Below, in pieces: positions 21,562 through 31,952 of a DNA stretch of 64,000 nt. Position numbers and translations under genes: made by a program. Numbering within the stretch: position 1 is the stretch's first letter; each line of letters opens with the position of its first letter. The notes beneath the pieces are model-generated. The model worked only from the letters and a program-made list of their open reading frames with translations, did not search any database and was not told the origin of the DNA. This DNA comes from Spirochaetota bacterium (lineage in GTDB: Bacteria > Spirochaetota > UBA4802 > UBA5550): assembly GCA_963664815.2 (NCBI GenBank), contig CAXXHB010000003.1, positions 3,328,001-3,392,000 of the forward strand, written 5' to 3'.

Positions 21562-21921
21562 CTATTCATGGCATCCATGTTCATGTTGTGTACATGAAAT
21601 TCCTGAATCTATTAATGCTCCGCTCAGCCAGTTCTCCGCCACCATTCTTACTTCACCGGAACATCCCCTTAATACATCTATTCCATTGCTGCCAAGAACG
21701 TTAACAGCTCCTTCTCCCATATTCCCGGCAAGAATCATCCTGACACCCATTTGTGACAGTGTCTGGGCTATGTTTGATTTGCATCCGCACCCTGCCGGTG
21801 ATAGAACAATCTCATCAGAAATTATCTGTTTATTTTCATTAACAGTAAAGACAGTAAATGCCTCACAGTGACCAAAATGGTCATCTACCTTACTTCCTGC
21901 TGTTGGTATCGCTATTTTCAT
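21562..21921 (-). CDS. NifB/NifX (MTH1175/ORP-like) family protein
   Basis: MKIAIP, DHFGHCEAF, GCGC and GNMGEGA motifs, His/Cys-rich tail. Confidence 0.9.
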   Translation of the reverse strand: MKIAIPTAGSKVDDHFGHCEAFTVFTVNENKQIISDEIVLSPAGCGCKSNIAQTLSQMGVRMILAGNMGEGAVNVLGSNGIDVLRGCSGEVRMVAENWLSGALIDSGISCTQHEHGCHE

Positions 21922-22784
21922 ACTTTATCTCCTTTTATTATTAATTCCACTATTTCGCTGAATTTCCCGACTGCTATCGCCTTACTATCCGGCATCATCG
22001 TTGAAAACGGATTTCCGCTGTCTCCGCTGTGGACTATATGAGTTTCAATTGGAATTTTTCCCAGGAATTTTACACCCATATCCTCAGCCATAGCCGCTCC
22101 ACCTCCTGACTTGAATATATCTGTAGCCTCACCGCAATGGGGACATACAAAGGTACTCATATTCTCAATTACACCGATTACATTCATTTTAAGCTGATGA
22201 CAGAATGTAACTGATTTTCTCACATCGGCAAGGGCCACATCCTGAGGTGTAGTGACAATAACTGCACCATCAGGGTTTTCAATCAGCTGACAGACAGACA
22301 GAGGCTCATCACCTGTCCCGGGAGGTGAATCGACTATAAGATAATCAAGATCACCCCAGACTACATCTGAAAGAAACTGCTTAATAATTCCGTATTTCAG
22401 AGGGCCTCGCCAGACAACGGCCTGATCTGCATCCTCCATCAAAAATCCCACAGACATAACTATAAGATTATCACTGTATTTCACCGGATAAATTGTTTTA
22501 TCTCCCCCTCCGAGAGCCATTACACCTTCAAGCCCCAGGAGTTTAGGGACACTCGGCCCATGAATATCAACATCAAGAAGACCTACTTTCTGACCTTTTG
22601 CGGCAAGAGATACCGCAAGATTTACCGCAACTGTGCTTTTCCCCACACCCCCTTTCCCTGAAAGGACAACTATCTTATGTTTGATTTTATTCATATTGTT
22701 TTTTAAGATCTGATCGCTCTGATCCCCGCCGGGATCACTGCCGTGCGAGCAGGCTGATGGTTTACTGCCGTTTTTGTCATTCAT
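21918..22784 (-). CDS. mrp: Mrp/NBP35 Fe-S cluster carrier ATPase
   Basis: SGKGGVGKST, DVDIHGPS, WRGP, DSPPGTGDE, TTPQ and ENMS..CPHC motifs. Confidence 0.95.
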   Translation of the reverse strand: MNDKNGSKPSACSHGSDPGGDQSDQILKNNMNKIKHKIVVLSGKGGVGKSTVAVNLAVSLAAKGQKVGLLDVDIHGPSVPKLLGLEGVMALGGGDKTIYPVKYSDNLIVMSVGFLMEDADQAVVWRGPLKYGIIKQFLSDVVWGDLDYLIVDSPPGTGDEPLSVCQLIENPDGAVIVTTPQDVALADVRKSVTFCHQLKMNVIGVIENMSTFVCPHCGEATDIFKSGGGAAMAEDMGVKFLGKIPIETHIVHSGDSGNPFSTMMPDSKAIAVGKFSEIVELIIKGDKV

Positions 22785-22792
22785 ACTCTGTT

Positions 22793-23668
22793 TTAAACTC
22801 CTTCTGTTAAAATTTCTTTCTCAATTTTATACCACATATCTTTAATAGCCTCCGATGCCGGACCGCTTGAATATCCGACTATACTCTTTCCTGAAATCTG
22901 GGCTTTGGTTACGTCATCATCGTATGGGATCTCTCCAAATAGATGGACACCTTTCTCACGGCAGAACTCTGCAATTTCATCCGACTTTTCGTAGTTAATG
23001 TCATACCTGTTTATGCATACAGCAGACTTCACTTTAAAATGCTCAATCAGGGCATATACTCTCTTAAGATCATGAATACCCGAAACTGTTGGTTCTGTGA
23101 CAATAAGCACAAATGAACAACCCGTTACGGTTGCTATTACCGGGCACCCTGTTCCGGGTGAACCATCGACAATTATAAGATCATATTTATTTTCCAGAGC
23201 AATCTCTCTGGCTCTCTTCCTGAGAATTGTAACAAGTTTTCCGGAATTACTCTCGGCAATACCGAGTCTCGCGTGAACCATGGGACCAAACCTTGTTTGA
23301 GATTCAAACCACCTGCCAGACTGGTGAGGTTTCATCTCAATAGCATCAACAGGGCAGAAAGCGGCACATACACCGCACCCTTCACATGAAAGCGTATCCA
23401 CAACCAGAGATTTGCCAATAGCGTCAAAACGGCAAAGCACCGCGCACTTACCACATATAGTGCAGGCTTTGCGGTTTATAAAAGCCTTGCTCCCACCGGT
23501 AAACATCTCTTCCTTAATTACCTCTGGTTTAATAATAAGATGGAGATCCGCAGCATCAACATCACAGTCAGCCATAACTTTATTCTCGGCAAGTGAAGCA
23601 AACGAAGCTGCAACACTTGTTTTACCGGTCCCCCCCTTCCCGCTTAGAATTACCAGTTCCTTAATCAT
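22793..23668 (-). CDS. MinD-superfamily P-loop ATPase with inserted ferredoxin domain
   Basis: SGKGGTGKT, DCDVDA, two CxxCxxCxxxC motifs and DGSPGTGCP. Confidence 0.93.
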   Translation of the reverse strand: MIKELVILSGKGGTGKTSVAASFASLAENKVMADCDVDAADLHLIIKPEVIKEEMFTGGSKAFINRKACTICGKCAVLCRFDAIGKSLVVDTLSCEGCGVCAAFCPVDAIEMKPHQSGRWFESQTRFGPMVHARLGIAESNSGKLVTILRKRAREIALENKYDLIIVDGSPGTGCPVIATVTGCSFVLIVTEPTVSGIHDLKRVYALIEHFKVKSAVCINRYDINYEKSDEIAEFCREKGVHLFGEIPYDDDVTKAQISGKSIVGYSSGPASEAIKDMWYKIEKEILTEGV

Positions 23669-24522
23669 ATTGTACCGCCATTAACCTCTCTGCTGATATG
23701 CTCTGCGATCTTTTCCAGTTCACTGCTGAAGTGCTCTTTAATATACGAAACAGAATCCCCCCGTGAATATCGTACTGCTATCTCCCTTGTATCTGGTATA
23801 GATGCAAACAGCAGTATAGATTCATTCTTGCAGAATTCACTTAACCGGTAATTTCCCTGCGAAGCCCTGTTTTCAACCACGCCGAAAGGTATCTGCATTG
23901 CACGGGCCATCTCAGCCGCAAGTTTAAGGTCATTCAATCCGAATGGTGTCGGTTCAGAAACAAGAACAAGAAAATCACAGTCTCTTGCAGATTCTATTAC
24001 CGGACAGGATGTACCGGGTGGGGAATCCATAATGCGTATCTCCGCTTCAGGGTAATATTTTTTAACATCCTTGATCAGCGGCGGTGACATAGCCTCCCCG
24101 ATATTAAGCCTCCCTCCGGCATATTTAACACCATTAATCTCACCCAGTTCAATAATACCTGTTGTCCTTTTAACTTCACTTATTGCTTTTTCCGGGCATA
24201 CTAGAAAGCATCCTCCGCATGAGTGGCACATCTCCTTTAAAACAAGGGGCTTCCCTTTAATCAGCACTATGGCACTGTACCGGCATATTTCACCGCATTT
24301 CCCGCATCCTGTACAAAGCTCCTTATCGACAGAGGGTATTAGAACAGTTGTCTGCACCTCTTCACCTACGGGAGCCTGTAAAAAGAGATTAACATTAGGT
24401 TCCTCAACATCGCAGTCCAGCAGTGCAATAGAAATATTTTTATCCGCATAATATGAGGCAAGTGTCATGGAAATTGTTGTCTTCCCTGTTCCACCCTTAC
24501 CGCTTGCAATCGCTATGTCCAT
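23665..24522 (-). CDS. MinD-superfamily P-loop ATPase with inserted ferredoxin domain (partner paralog)
   Basis: SGKGGTGKTT, DCDVEEPN, two 4Fe-4S motifs, DSPPGTSCP and EPTPFG. Confidence 0.93.
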   Translation of the reverse strand: MDIAIASGKGGTGKTTISMTLASYYADKNISIALLDCDVEEPNVNLFLQAPVGEEVQTTVLIPSVDKELCTGCGKCGEICRYSAIVLIKGKPLVLKEMCHSCGGCFLVCPEKAISEVKRTTGIIELGEINGVKYAGGRLNIGEAMSPPLIKDVKKYYPEAEIRIMDSPPGTSCPVIESARDCDFLVLVSEPTPFGLNDLKLAAEMARAMQIPFGVVENRASQGNYRLSEFCKNESILLFASIPDTREIAVRYSRGDSVSYIKEHFSSELEKIAEHISREVNGGTI

Positions 24523-25666
24523 CTATCAGCTCCCCTACTACCCCTATATCATACATCGCCTTGCAGACCATGCATCCCCTGTACGCAACGGAAACCTTTG
24601 ATGAAGGGCTGTATAGCTCCTCAAGTTTTTTCAATGTTTCAGGACATAGATCCTTTTTATGCTCATCCACTGCTGTCAGTATCCCGCTTGTACGGATGCA
24701 GTTAAGCAGACCCGCATTATCCAGAAAATCAGGTATGGTCCCCTCTCTCATCTCTCCAATACCGCAGAGATCAAACCTTGCATCCTCTTTAAACGGCAGG
24801 CAGTAGTGCCATTTATCATCAATAAACGGGCTCATTCCGCAATGGGTGTGCAGCGATAATCTGTCAATAATCGCGGCGTTCGGCATTCTGTCGAATTCCT
24901 TCCCCGAAACTTTAAGTTTTTTCATTACATCCTTTTTGTAATACGGGTAAAATGATCCAAGCGCGTCTTTGTTGTTGCCAGACAGGGAGAGTGACGGGGA
25001 CATATCTTTCATGTCAGAGGCGTCACCAAGCGGCGCAAGCGGCGTTACTCTCTGAAATACGCCGGGATATATTTTACTGAGTCTTTTGTCTGTATCATCA
25101 TCAACTGAAAGCGTAACAAGTATCACAGGGAGTATCTTCATCCCCGGTTCCTGACTAAGGCGGATCAGATTATCCATTGCTATATATCCCGACTCACTTA
25201 AATTCTCCTGGTATTCAGCGATGCTGATCCCCACTATCATTTTCTTCTCTATCTGTGAGGACAGTCTTTTGAAAAAATCCCTGGCAAAATCCATGTTTTC
25301 AAACACCTTTCCATTGCTCGGCATAGAAATTGTTTTAATCAGGTTCATTTCGAAGAGTGATGCGAGTATATCGACAATGTCTTTACCCTGGCTTTTCCAT
25401 ATTGTAGGCTCACCCCCTGTGACAAACTGATATTCAAGGCTGTAAGATTCCGCGAGATTCCTTAGATCCACCAGGTATTTTTCGAAAACATCATACTCAA
25501 CTTTCGCTACACTTGAATTGGCCGAACGGAGACAGGCCTTGCACTGTTTATTGCATCCATTTGTCATCTGAATTGCAGGGTAAAGATTATGTGGTATAAT
25601 CACTCTCCCCGCCTGTGAGGCTTTCCATTTTTTCATCTGTATATAATTCTGAAAACCTGCCAACAT
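24497..25666 (-). CDS. Radical SAM protein
   Basis: CNKQCKAC (CxxxCxxC), TGGEP and a C-terminal Cys cluster. Confidence 0.85.
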   Translation of the reverse strand: MLAGFQNYIQMKKWKASQAGRVIIPHNLYPAIQMTNGCNKQCKACLRSANSSVAKVEYDVFEKYLVDLRNLAESYSLEYQFVTGGEPTIWKSQGKDIVDILASLFEMNLIKTISMPSNGKVFENMDFARDFFKRLSSQIEKKMIVGISIAEYQENLSESGYIAMDNLIRLSQEPGMKILPVILVTLSVDDDTDKRLSKIYPGVFQRVTPLAPLGDASDMKDMSPSLSLSGNNKDALGSFYPYYKKDVMKKLKVSGKEFDRMPNAAIIDRLSLHTHCGMSPFIDDKWHYCLPFKEDARFDLCGIGEMREGTIPDFLDNAGLLNCIRTSGILTAVDEHKKDLCPETLKKLEELYSPSSKVSVAYRGCMVCKAMYDIGVVGELIDGHSDCKR

Positions 25667-25781
25667 TATTTTTTAATCCTCCTCTTTGTGTTCTATATGT
25701 TTACTAAATGCCATCAACCGCTCGACGCTATCGCGCGATCACCCTCGCCCGGGCAAAGCCGTGGAGAAAGCATTTCATTTG

Positions 25782-26621
25782 TTAAAAATCAAAAACCCTC
25801 CCTACTGAAGCGTTAACAAATTTATACCCGAACTCCGAAGCAAACCGGCAGGCTATCTTAAAGCCGGTGCAGTGTGAAACGGCAATTTTATCGACGTCAT
25901 ATCTTTTTACAGCATCAATGGCCTTCAAGACGTACTCTTCCGGTGCGCTGTCAAGATGAGTGCCGCCGATTACCGCATGAAATTTTTTAACTCCCGTACT
26001 CTCAGAAAACTGATCAAGTATCTCAACCATACCTGCATGAGCACATCCAAGAAGCACAACAGGTCCGGAAGCAGTTTCAAGAAGGAGCGACAGATCATCG
26101 ATGAACAGATCATCATTCACTCCTGTCTCAGATCTTACTTTCAGCATTTTATCCCAGGGCTTCCAGCAAGATTCATGTTTAACACCGCTGAGAGATGTAA
26201 TTGAATCGATAATTCTGCATTTGCCTTCTATTACTTCAAAAAATTCTGCACCGTTCTCTTCATAGACTTCTCTTGTCTGTTTCATCCCTATCGGGACAGT
26301 TGCACCCGATGGCAGAAGAGCTACTTTTTCATTAAATGCCGCACCGTTAAGATAAACAGGAAGAGTCCTGCCATGTTCTTTCAGAACCGGCAGTAATCCC
26401 CCGGTATGATCGTAGTGTCCGTGACTTAAAATCACCCTTCTTATTGCCGGAATATTTTTACCCAGAGTTTTAAGATTATGTACAACTCCCAGTCCCTGCC
26501 CCGTGTCAAAAAGAGTTATATCCTCACCATCCTCAATGAGAAAAGATAATCCATGTTCTGCTATCAGAGGGAATGGTACCTGTACGCTGTTTTCACATAT
26601 AACCGTTACTTTTTTTATCAT
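25782..26621 (-). CDS. MBL-fold metallo-hydrolase (COG1237-like)
   Basis: EHGLS, FDTGQ, SHGHYDHTGG, GCAHAG, GGTH and HCTG motifs. Confidence 0.9.
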   Translation of the reverse strand: MIKKVTVICENSVQVPFPLIAEHGLSFLIEDGEDITLFDTGQGLGVVHNLKTLGKNIPAIRRVILSHGHYDHTGGLLPVLKEHGRTLPVYLNGAAFNEKVALLPSGATVPIGMKQTREVYEENGAEFFEVIEGKCRIIDSITSLSGVKHESCWKPWDKMLKVRSETGVNDDLFIDDLSLLLETASGPVVLLGCAHAGMVEILDQFSESTGVKKFHAVIGGTHLDSAPEEYVLKAIDAVKRYDVDKIAVSHCTGFKIACRFASEFGYKFVNASVGRVFDF

Positions 26622-26735
26622 TGTCTTCCTCTTAAATTTAAACTCAAAATTTCGGCCGGGTACCCCATTCCATTTTCTGACATGAAATACCCGACCAGGA
26701 GTTTTATGGGATAGAAAGAAAGCTTGATAATTTTG

Positions 26736-27095
26736 TTACCAGTGCCCCTCAACATTTGCAGTTGATGTAAGTTCCAGTTCACCTTTACTGTATTTATCAA
26801 GGGCTGTACCGACAGTTCCATCCTTAAACAGGTAAATTTTTACACCGGCGGCATTGAGCGTTGCAAATGCCTTCGGGCCGACATTCCCTGTAATTACCGC
26901 ATCCGCCCCCGCGTCAATTACAGTTTTTGCAGACTGAATACCCGCTCCCTGTGCCGCTTCGAGATTCTGTTTATTGTCAACATATACCGATTCATTTGAA
27001 TCCATGTCATAGATCAGAAAACCTTTCGCCCGCCCGAATCTCTGGTCAACTATTGCCGCAAGGTCCTTTTTATCTGTTGATACTGCTATTTTCAT
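26736..27095 (-). CDS. NifB/NifX (ORP-like) family protein
   Basis: MKIAVS, RFGRA, GAGIQ and GNVGPKA motifs, C-terminal ANVEGHW. Confidence 0.92.
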   Translation of the reverse strand: MKIAVSTDKKDLAAIVDQRFGRAKGFLIYDMDSNESVYVDNKQNLEAAQGAGIQSAKTVIDAGADAVITGNVGPKAFATLNAAGVKIYLFKDGTVGTALDKYSKGELELTSTANVEGHW

Positions 27096-27517
27096 ATAGC
27101 CTCCTTTTTATCATTTTCTGAGGTTTCCTTACCGCATACTGCACCTGAAATGAGTTTTCTTTTTCTCATCATCCCACCGCAGCTCCCTTTTTCGGGAAGA
27201 ACAGATTGCAGAGTATTGTTAAGGTACGATTTAATTACCTCGTCAACCGGGCCGCTGATCCATGGAATATGCTTTATACCTGTTTCGCTGATAATGTAGG
27301 ATAGATACCTGCTCACCGCACCGCTGATAATTACAGCGACACCTATCTCTTTCAGTTTCTGAATCCTCATTCTATCAGAATCTGCATTCAGATTGATCAC
27401 AATTCTCTGTGTGACCGCATTACCCTTAACCTCAAAGAGTACAAACCTCTCCGATACATCAAGCAGAGGGGATATACGTTCTTCAAATACCGGTATTGCA
27501 ATAAGTTTACTTTTCAT
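27092..27517 (-). CDS. NifB/NifX-like protein
   Basis: IAIPVFEERISPLLD, ISGAVS and WISGPVDEVI motifs. Confidence 0.8.
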   Translation of the reverse strand: MKSKLIAIPVFEERISPLLDVSERFVLFEVKGNAVTQRIVINLNADSDRMRIQKLKEIGVAVIISGAVSRYLSYIISETGIKHIPWISGPVDEVIKSYLNNTLQSVLPEKGSCGGMMRKRKLISGAVCGKETSENDKKEAI

Positions 27518-27530
27518 ACAATACTAATAA

Positions 27531-27545
27531 GCACATTCCGTGCCA
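27531..27545 (-). promoter_or_regulatory. Sigma54 -24/-12 promoter of the Fe-S operon
   Basis: The minus strand reads TGGCACGGAATGTGC, immediately upstream of ATG 27517. Confidence 0.85.
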
Positions 27546-27694
27546 TAAACAGGGATTACTTCCGGGATGATACGTTAATCATGTTTTGTATGAAAAATAT
27601 GCACTGTTCTGTTATTCTACCGGTTTTTTAGATCAATCAGGAAGTTTGAAATATTGAAGAAGATAACGAGATGAGATAACCTGACAGCATATCA

Positions 27695-28050
27695 TTGCAT
27701 AGTGCAACATGTTGCGTGATTATTTAAATCCTTTAAAAAATAAATGATGAAATAACAAAACACTGGAATACCGGTGTACATGCTATCGCATATTATTTGA
27801 GAGAAAACAGGGGTTTAAGAATAAATATTTTCAACTGCTTTTCCGTATCATCCGTAAACACGCTTCCGGTTGAATATATCTCTGCGTTTCTGACAAAGGT
27901 GTTCAATCTCCCTTAAACAATTGCTCATCTCTGCGAAGTGTTCAGATATATGCATGTCTGTCTCCAGACAGGTATGTTTTAATAATTTTGGAGTGGAATT
28001 TCATTGCATTCTGCAATTGGAATAATAGTAAAAGATTGCATAATGCAATC
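27695..28050. promoter_or_regulatory. Three palindromic TTGCA-N3-TGCAA enhancer sites
   Basis: TTGCATAGTGCAA (27695), ATTGCATTCTGCAAT (28003) and GATTGCATAATGCAATC (28034). Confidence 0.7.
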
Positions 28051-28082
28051 TTTTACATGTCCAACGGGCGGCACAGCACGGT

Positions 28083-29393
28083 CTATTCTATATTAAGCTT
28101 TTTTATTTTTCTCCACAGAGTTGATGAATCTATACCAAGCTCTTCCGATGCCTTTGATTTACTTCCGCTGTTTTTTTCAAGTGCCCTGATAATATAAACT
28201 CTCTCCATTTCAGCAAGTGTGAGGTTTTCACTGAAAACTGTTTCAGAATGCCTCAGATGATTGGGGAGATTGTTTACCCCAATGTATGCCTCTCTGCACA
28301 GAACAAAAGTATGCTCAATAATATTCTCAAGCTCCCGGACATTCCCCGGATAGCTGTAATCCATAAGAATATTCATAACCTCATCGGTAACACCCTCAAT
28401 ATTTTTCCCTTTTATAATATTGAATTTTCTTATAAAATGATTAACAAGAAGCGGAATGTCCTCTCTCCTTGATGCAAGAGTAGGAAGGGTTATATTAATA
28501 ACGTTAATCCGGTAATAAAGATCCTCTCTGAACCTTCCGTTTTTCACTTCAGTCATAAGATGCTTGTTAGTAGCTGATATTATTCTTACATCAGACTTCA
28601 GAGGCGTTGTCCCGCCTAAAGGCTCATACTCCCTCCCCTGAATAAATCTCAGGAGTTTAGCCTGAATTGCAGGAGATACCTCACCAATCTCATCGAGGAA
28701 AAGAGTACCCCCCTCTGCAAGTGAAACCTTCCCTGGTTTATCCTTTCTTGCATCTGTAAATGCTCCAGCTTTATATCCAAATAGCTCTGATTCAAGGAGA
28801 TTGTCAGGTACTGCAGCACAATTTATTGTAACTACAGGTTTTTTACTCCGGTTACTCAGGTGATGAATTCCCCGTGCAACAAGCTCCTTTCCGGTACCGC
28901 TCGGCCCCTCTATAAGAACCGTACTGTCGCTGGTTGCTATATCCGGAAGTATCGTAAAAAGGTCTTTGAAATATTTACTTTTACTCACTATATCTTCTAT
29001 GGTATAATTTGATTCGATCTCTTTGCGGAGAACTTCCATATCGGACATGTCTCTGAAAGTTTCCACTCCCCCTATGATATTTCCATCTTTATCCTTTAGC
29101 AGAGCTGTACTGACGGTAATAGGAATTTTATCGCCAAGGGAATTTACCACATAGACAGTTTTATTTATAATGTTTCTTCCTGTTGCAAGAGTCTCTTTCA
29201 ATGCGCATGAGTGTTCACATATACTCGCGTGAAAAACCTCAAAGCAAAGTTTACCGGTGGCATCTCTTTCATCTATTTTCAGAATTTCAGCAGCTGCCCT
29301 GTTTATGGATGTTATTCTGAAATCCATATCGACAGTGAATACACCGTCAGCAATGCTGTTGAGAATAATATTTTTTTCTTCCTGTTCAATCAT
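28083..29393 (-). CDS. PAS-domain sigma54 activator (OrpR-like)
   Basis: PAS domain with C-x8-C-x3-C, GPSGTGKE, GAFTDA, FLDEIGE and a Fis HTH. Confidence 0.92.
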   Translation of the reverse strand: MIEQEEKNIILNSIADGVFTVDMDFRITSINRAAAEILKIDERDATGKLCFEVFHASICEHSCALKETLATGRNIINKTVYVVNSLGDKIPITVSTALLKDKDGNIIGGVETFRDMSDMEVLRKEIESNYTIEDIVSKSKYFKDLFTILPDIATSDSTVLIEGPSGTGKELVARGIHHLSNRSKKPVVTINCAAVPDNLLESELFGYKAGAFTDARKDKPGKVSLAEGGTLFLDEIGEVSPAIQAKLLRFIQGREYEPLGGTTPLKSDVRIISATNKHLMTEVKNGRFREDLYYRINVINITLPTLASRREDIPLLVNHFIRKFNIIKGKNIEGVTDEVMNILMDYSYPGNVRELENIIEHTFVLCREAYIGVNNLPNHLRHSETVFSENLTLAEMERVYIIRALEKNSGSKSKASEELGIDSSTLWRKIKKLNIE

Positions 29394-29940
29394 AGGTCAT
29401 CATAAAATAATTATCATTAAAAATGCAATAAAAAACAGATATACGATATTATCGTAAAAATATAACGCCGGATGCATATTTATCATAATTTTATGTTTGC
29501 CGGATATAGATTTATTATGGATTTCAAAGAGTATTTCAAGCCAGAAAGGAATTCATTCCGGAAAAACAGCAGTGTTTTCATTGGGTCTGACCTATACAAT
29601 ATTCACTTTTATGTTTCTGATTTTTCAGATTTATTCAGCTCCAGGAAATCGATCTGACTTATAAAACATCCTTCAATCCCGGGGAAAGACCCCGTCTGAC
29701 TGCCGTTGTCAACTACGCATTTTACGCCTTCAATTTCATACCGCAGTTTTTCCTGTTAAGCACAATACTTTTCTTCCTGCGGTCAGCGCTGTTGACACAT
29801 CAAATCAGTCATATTACGATCTTGATAAATTTGATGAGGTTTAACGCTCTTTCCTTGAAAGAAGAGAAAATAAAAAATTTATTGACAGGTCTGTTTTTTA
29901 TATCATTGAATTAATAAAATTATTTATAAGGGTGTTTTTT

Positions 29941-30288
29941 ATGAAAAAAATTCTCATATTACTGATGCTGATAACGGTCTCATCTGCTGTTTTTGCCGAC
30001 AGTAAAACGATACAATTTGTAAAAACCTCATCGCGGCTTCAAGGCGGTTTCTATACTATTATAGACCTGAAGCTGGAAGTGATTTGCGGTGACTATGGAG
30101 TTAATAGTATAAAGGTACTTGGATACAGGAACAATAAGTCCTGGTCATCCGGAAATGTTTATACCCCATGTAACGAAGGTGATTGTCAGGTATCTCCTGA
30201 AGAGGAAGAAAAAGCGGGAGGCGGCGGTACTGTAAGGGGTTATTCAATATACTGGGCCGGCCAGAAACTGTATTTTAAGTTGAACTGA
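29941..30288 (+). CDS. Small secreted hypothetical protein
   Basis: Signal peptide MKKILILLMLITVSSAVFA, preceded by TTGACA. Confidence 0.7.
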   Translation: MKKILILLMLITVSSAVFADSKTIQFVKTSSRLQGGFYTIIDLKLEVICGDYGVNSIKVLGYRNNKSWSSGNVYTPCNEGDCQVSPEEEEKAGGGGTVRGYSIYWAGQKLYFKLN

Positions 30289-30436
30289 GATCCGGATTTC
30301 ATAACAGGCGAGAATTATATGTCCCGTGGTTTGTCAGCGGGACACAACAATAAGAATAAACTCCGGAGGTCTGCAGTAATAATCTCTGATGTTTAACGAA
30401 GTTTACTGTAAAGATAATAAAAAACTGATCCGGTTT

Positions 30437-30613
30437 TTATTGACGAAATCGGCCCGATTGAACTTGAAGGTAAAGGGCGTCAAGCTGCACAGTCTCCTTC
30501 CCCTTCTCAATATCGAATACAACAATCTTGCCGACTCCTGCAAGCTGTGCCAGACCCTTCTGCTTTAAGCCGCTTTTTTTTCTGTGAAACAGAACCATTT
30601 CACCTATTTCCAT
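30437..30613 (-). pseudogene. XRE/HipB-like HTH protein, truncated (not in ORF track)
   Basis: My translation is MEIGEMVLFHRKKSGLKQKGLAQLAGVGKIVVFDIEKGKETVQLDAL..., 58 aa. The C-terminus is replaced by unrelated sequence. Confidence 0.65.
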
Positions 30614-30689
30614 TGTTGTTATAAATTACTGCTATAGCAGTAAATATTAATCTCCGGTAACTCTTGCTGATATTTTTATTGAAAAATTC

Positions 30690-30920
30690 CGGAAAATATA
30701 GGGAGATATATCTGAAAGATTATAAAGACGCTTCTTGTACGGTCAGGGAAATCGGCTCATATATAATGAAATACAGCGAGAAAAGACCTCATAGTTATCC
30801 TGATGGTAAAACACCGGAAAAGATATATAATGAGAGTATTTTGGTTCAAAAAAGAAATTGTAAAAACACATAAAAAACCTAGATTGATTGAATTTCCGGT
30901 CTGATAACAGGATCCGCTTA
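30690..30920 (+). mobile_element. IS3-family transposase 3' remnant
   Basis: REIYLKDY...IGSYIMKYSEKRPHSYPDGKTPEKIY matches the IS3 integrase C-terminal pattern YNxxRPHxxLxxxTP. Confidence 0.7.
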
Positions 30921-31222
30921 ATCTTTGGAATATTGTTGATAAACAAAAGGAGATATTCCGGTGAAAAATAATTTATTTATAAAAGTGATCATAATACAAT
31001 CCGTAATATTGTGAATCGCATGATGAAAGGATCAGCATGATTTAGCAAAATTAAAATTATCACATCTCAGATATCACCCGGCTCCCTTTTATTTAAATGA
31101 TGGAGCTGCCCTCTGTCGGGTGTGGAGGTTTTGATTTTCAGATAAACAATATTTACCAAAAAATCTAAGCCAATTGTCACTTTCGATAATTTCTTATTAA
31201 TTCTATATTCAACAATAAAATT

Positions 31223-31468
31223 TTAAAGAATTTGTTGAAATATTTTTTCTTTAACCGTTTCAATCGAAAAATCTGTATAATAATGTCCATTTTTTGTTTT
31301 TTCCAGATATATAAATTTTGTATCACAATCTACCCGCATTATTTCTGTCCTTGATTCATGTTTAAACCTATGATTGATAATTGTTATTTTATCTTTACCC
31401 AAAACATCAGTATCTGAATCTATCATATTTCTTAGAGCATCTGCATAATTCTTGTCAATTTCCATCAT
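31223..31468 (-). CDS. Hypothetical protein
   Basis: 81 aa ORF with an AGGGAG RBS. An upstream TTGAAA-N16-TATAAT promoter is embedded in a hairpin at about 31517-31557. Confidence 0.65.
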   Translation of the reverse strand: MMEIDKNYADALRNMIDSDTDVLGKDKITIINHRFKHESRTEIMRVDCDTKFIYLEKTKNGHYYTDFSIETVKEKIFQQIL

Positions 31469-31566
31469 TGAGAACTCCCTTTATATTTATAATATTGTTT
31501 CTATAAATGCCATTATATACCCGGATTCAGTTTTTTCAAGTACCTGAACCCGGGTATGTTTAAATA

Positions 31567-31725
31567 TTATGATCTTGTTTTTTCATTAACTACAGTGCCG
31601 CATCTTGAGCATGTGTATGTATGACAGCTGTTGCAGGTTGTATAACCGCATTTTTTGCACCTGTAAACAAACTGTGTACTTGTGTTGAATTCTTTACCGC
31701 ATGAATCACAATATGCTTTTGCCAT
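31567..31725 (-). CDS. Small 4xCxxC zinc-finger protein (52 aa, not in ORF track)
   Basis: MAKAYCDSCGKEFNTSTQFVYRCKKCGYTTCNSCHTYTCSRCGTVVNEKTRS, with an AAGGAG RBS. Paralog at 40396. Confidence 0.8.
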   Translation of the reverse strand: MAKAYCDSCGKEFNTSTQFVYRCKKCGYTTCNSCHTYTCSRCGTVVNEKTRS

Positions 31726-31800
31726 AATATTCAGTTCTCCTTGTGTGTTAGTTGTTATTAAGTCTTAACGTGATCAGACAGCTTTACCTCCTTATGCAAG

Positions 31801-31830
31801 TAAAGAGCGCGGAAGTGAGGATTAATATCG
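31801..31830 (-). promoter_or_regulatory. Putative ECF-type promoter motif, copy 4
   Basis: Minus strand CGATATTAAT-cctcacttccgc-GCTCTTTA followed by AAGGAGG. Confidence 0.7.
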
Positions 31831-31952
31831 GGATTTTAAATTTTTTTATCAGAAGTGAAAATTTTTTGAGAAAATTACAACGACTAGGTGTCGTGATTCT
31901 GAAAATGTTATATTATCTAATAGTGACTTTAAATTTAATTTACGAGGTGCTG

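Noticed and set aside
21562-27517. Nitrogen fixation cluster
   Set aside because: Only NifX-like small proteins are present, with no nifHDK/ENB. The context matches orp-type Fe-S operons.
31060-31095. Group II intron domain V-like GAGCCGGGTG on the minus strand
   Set aside because: The 3' half of the domain V helix is missing and there is no reverse transcriptase ORF nearby.
31752-31952. Upstream extension of the 31953 ORF
   Set aside because: It has a TTG start without an RBS and overlaps the minus-strand promoter motif. ATG 31953 has a GAGGTG RBS.
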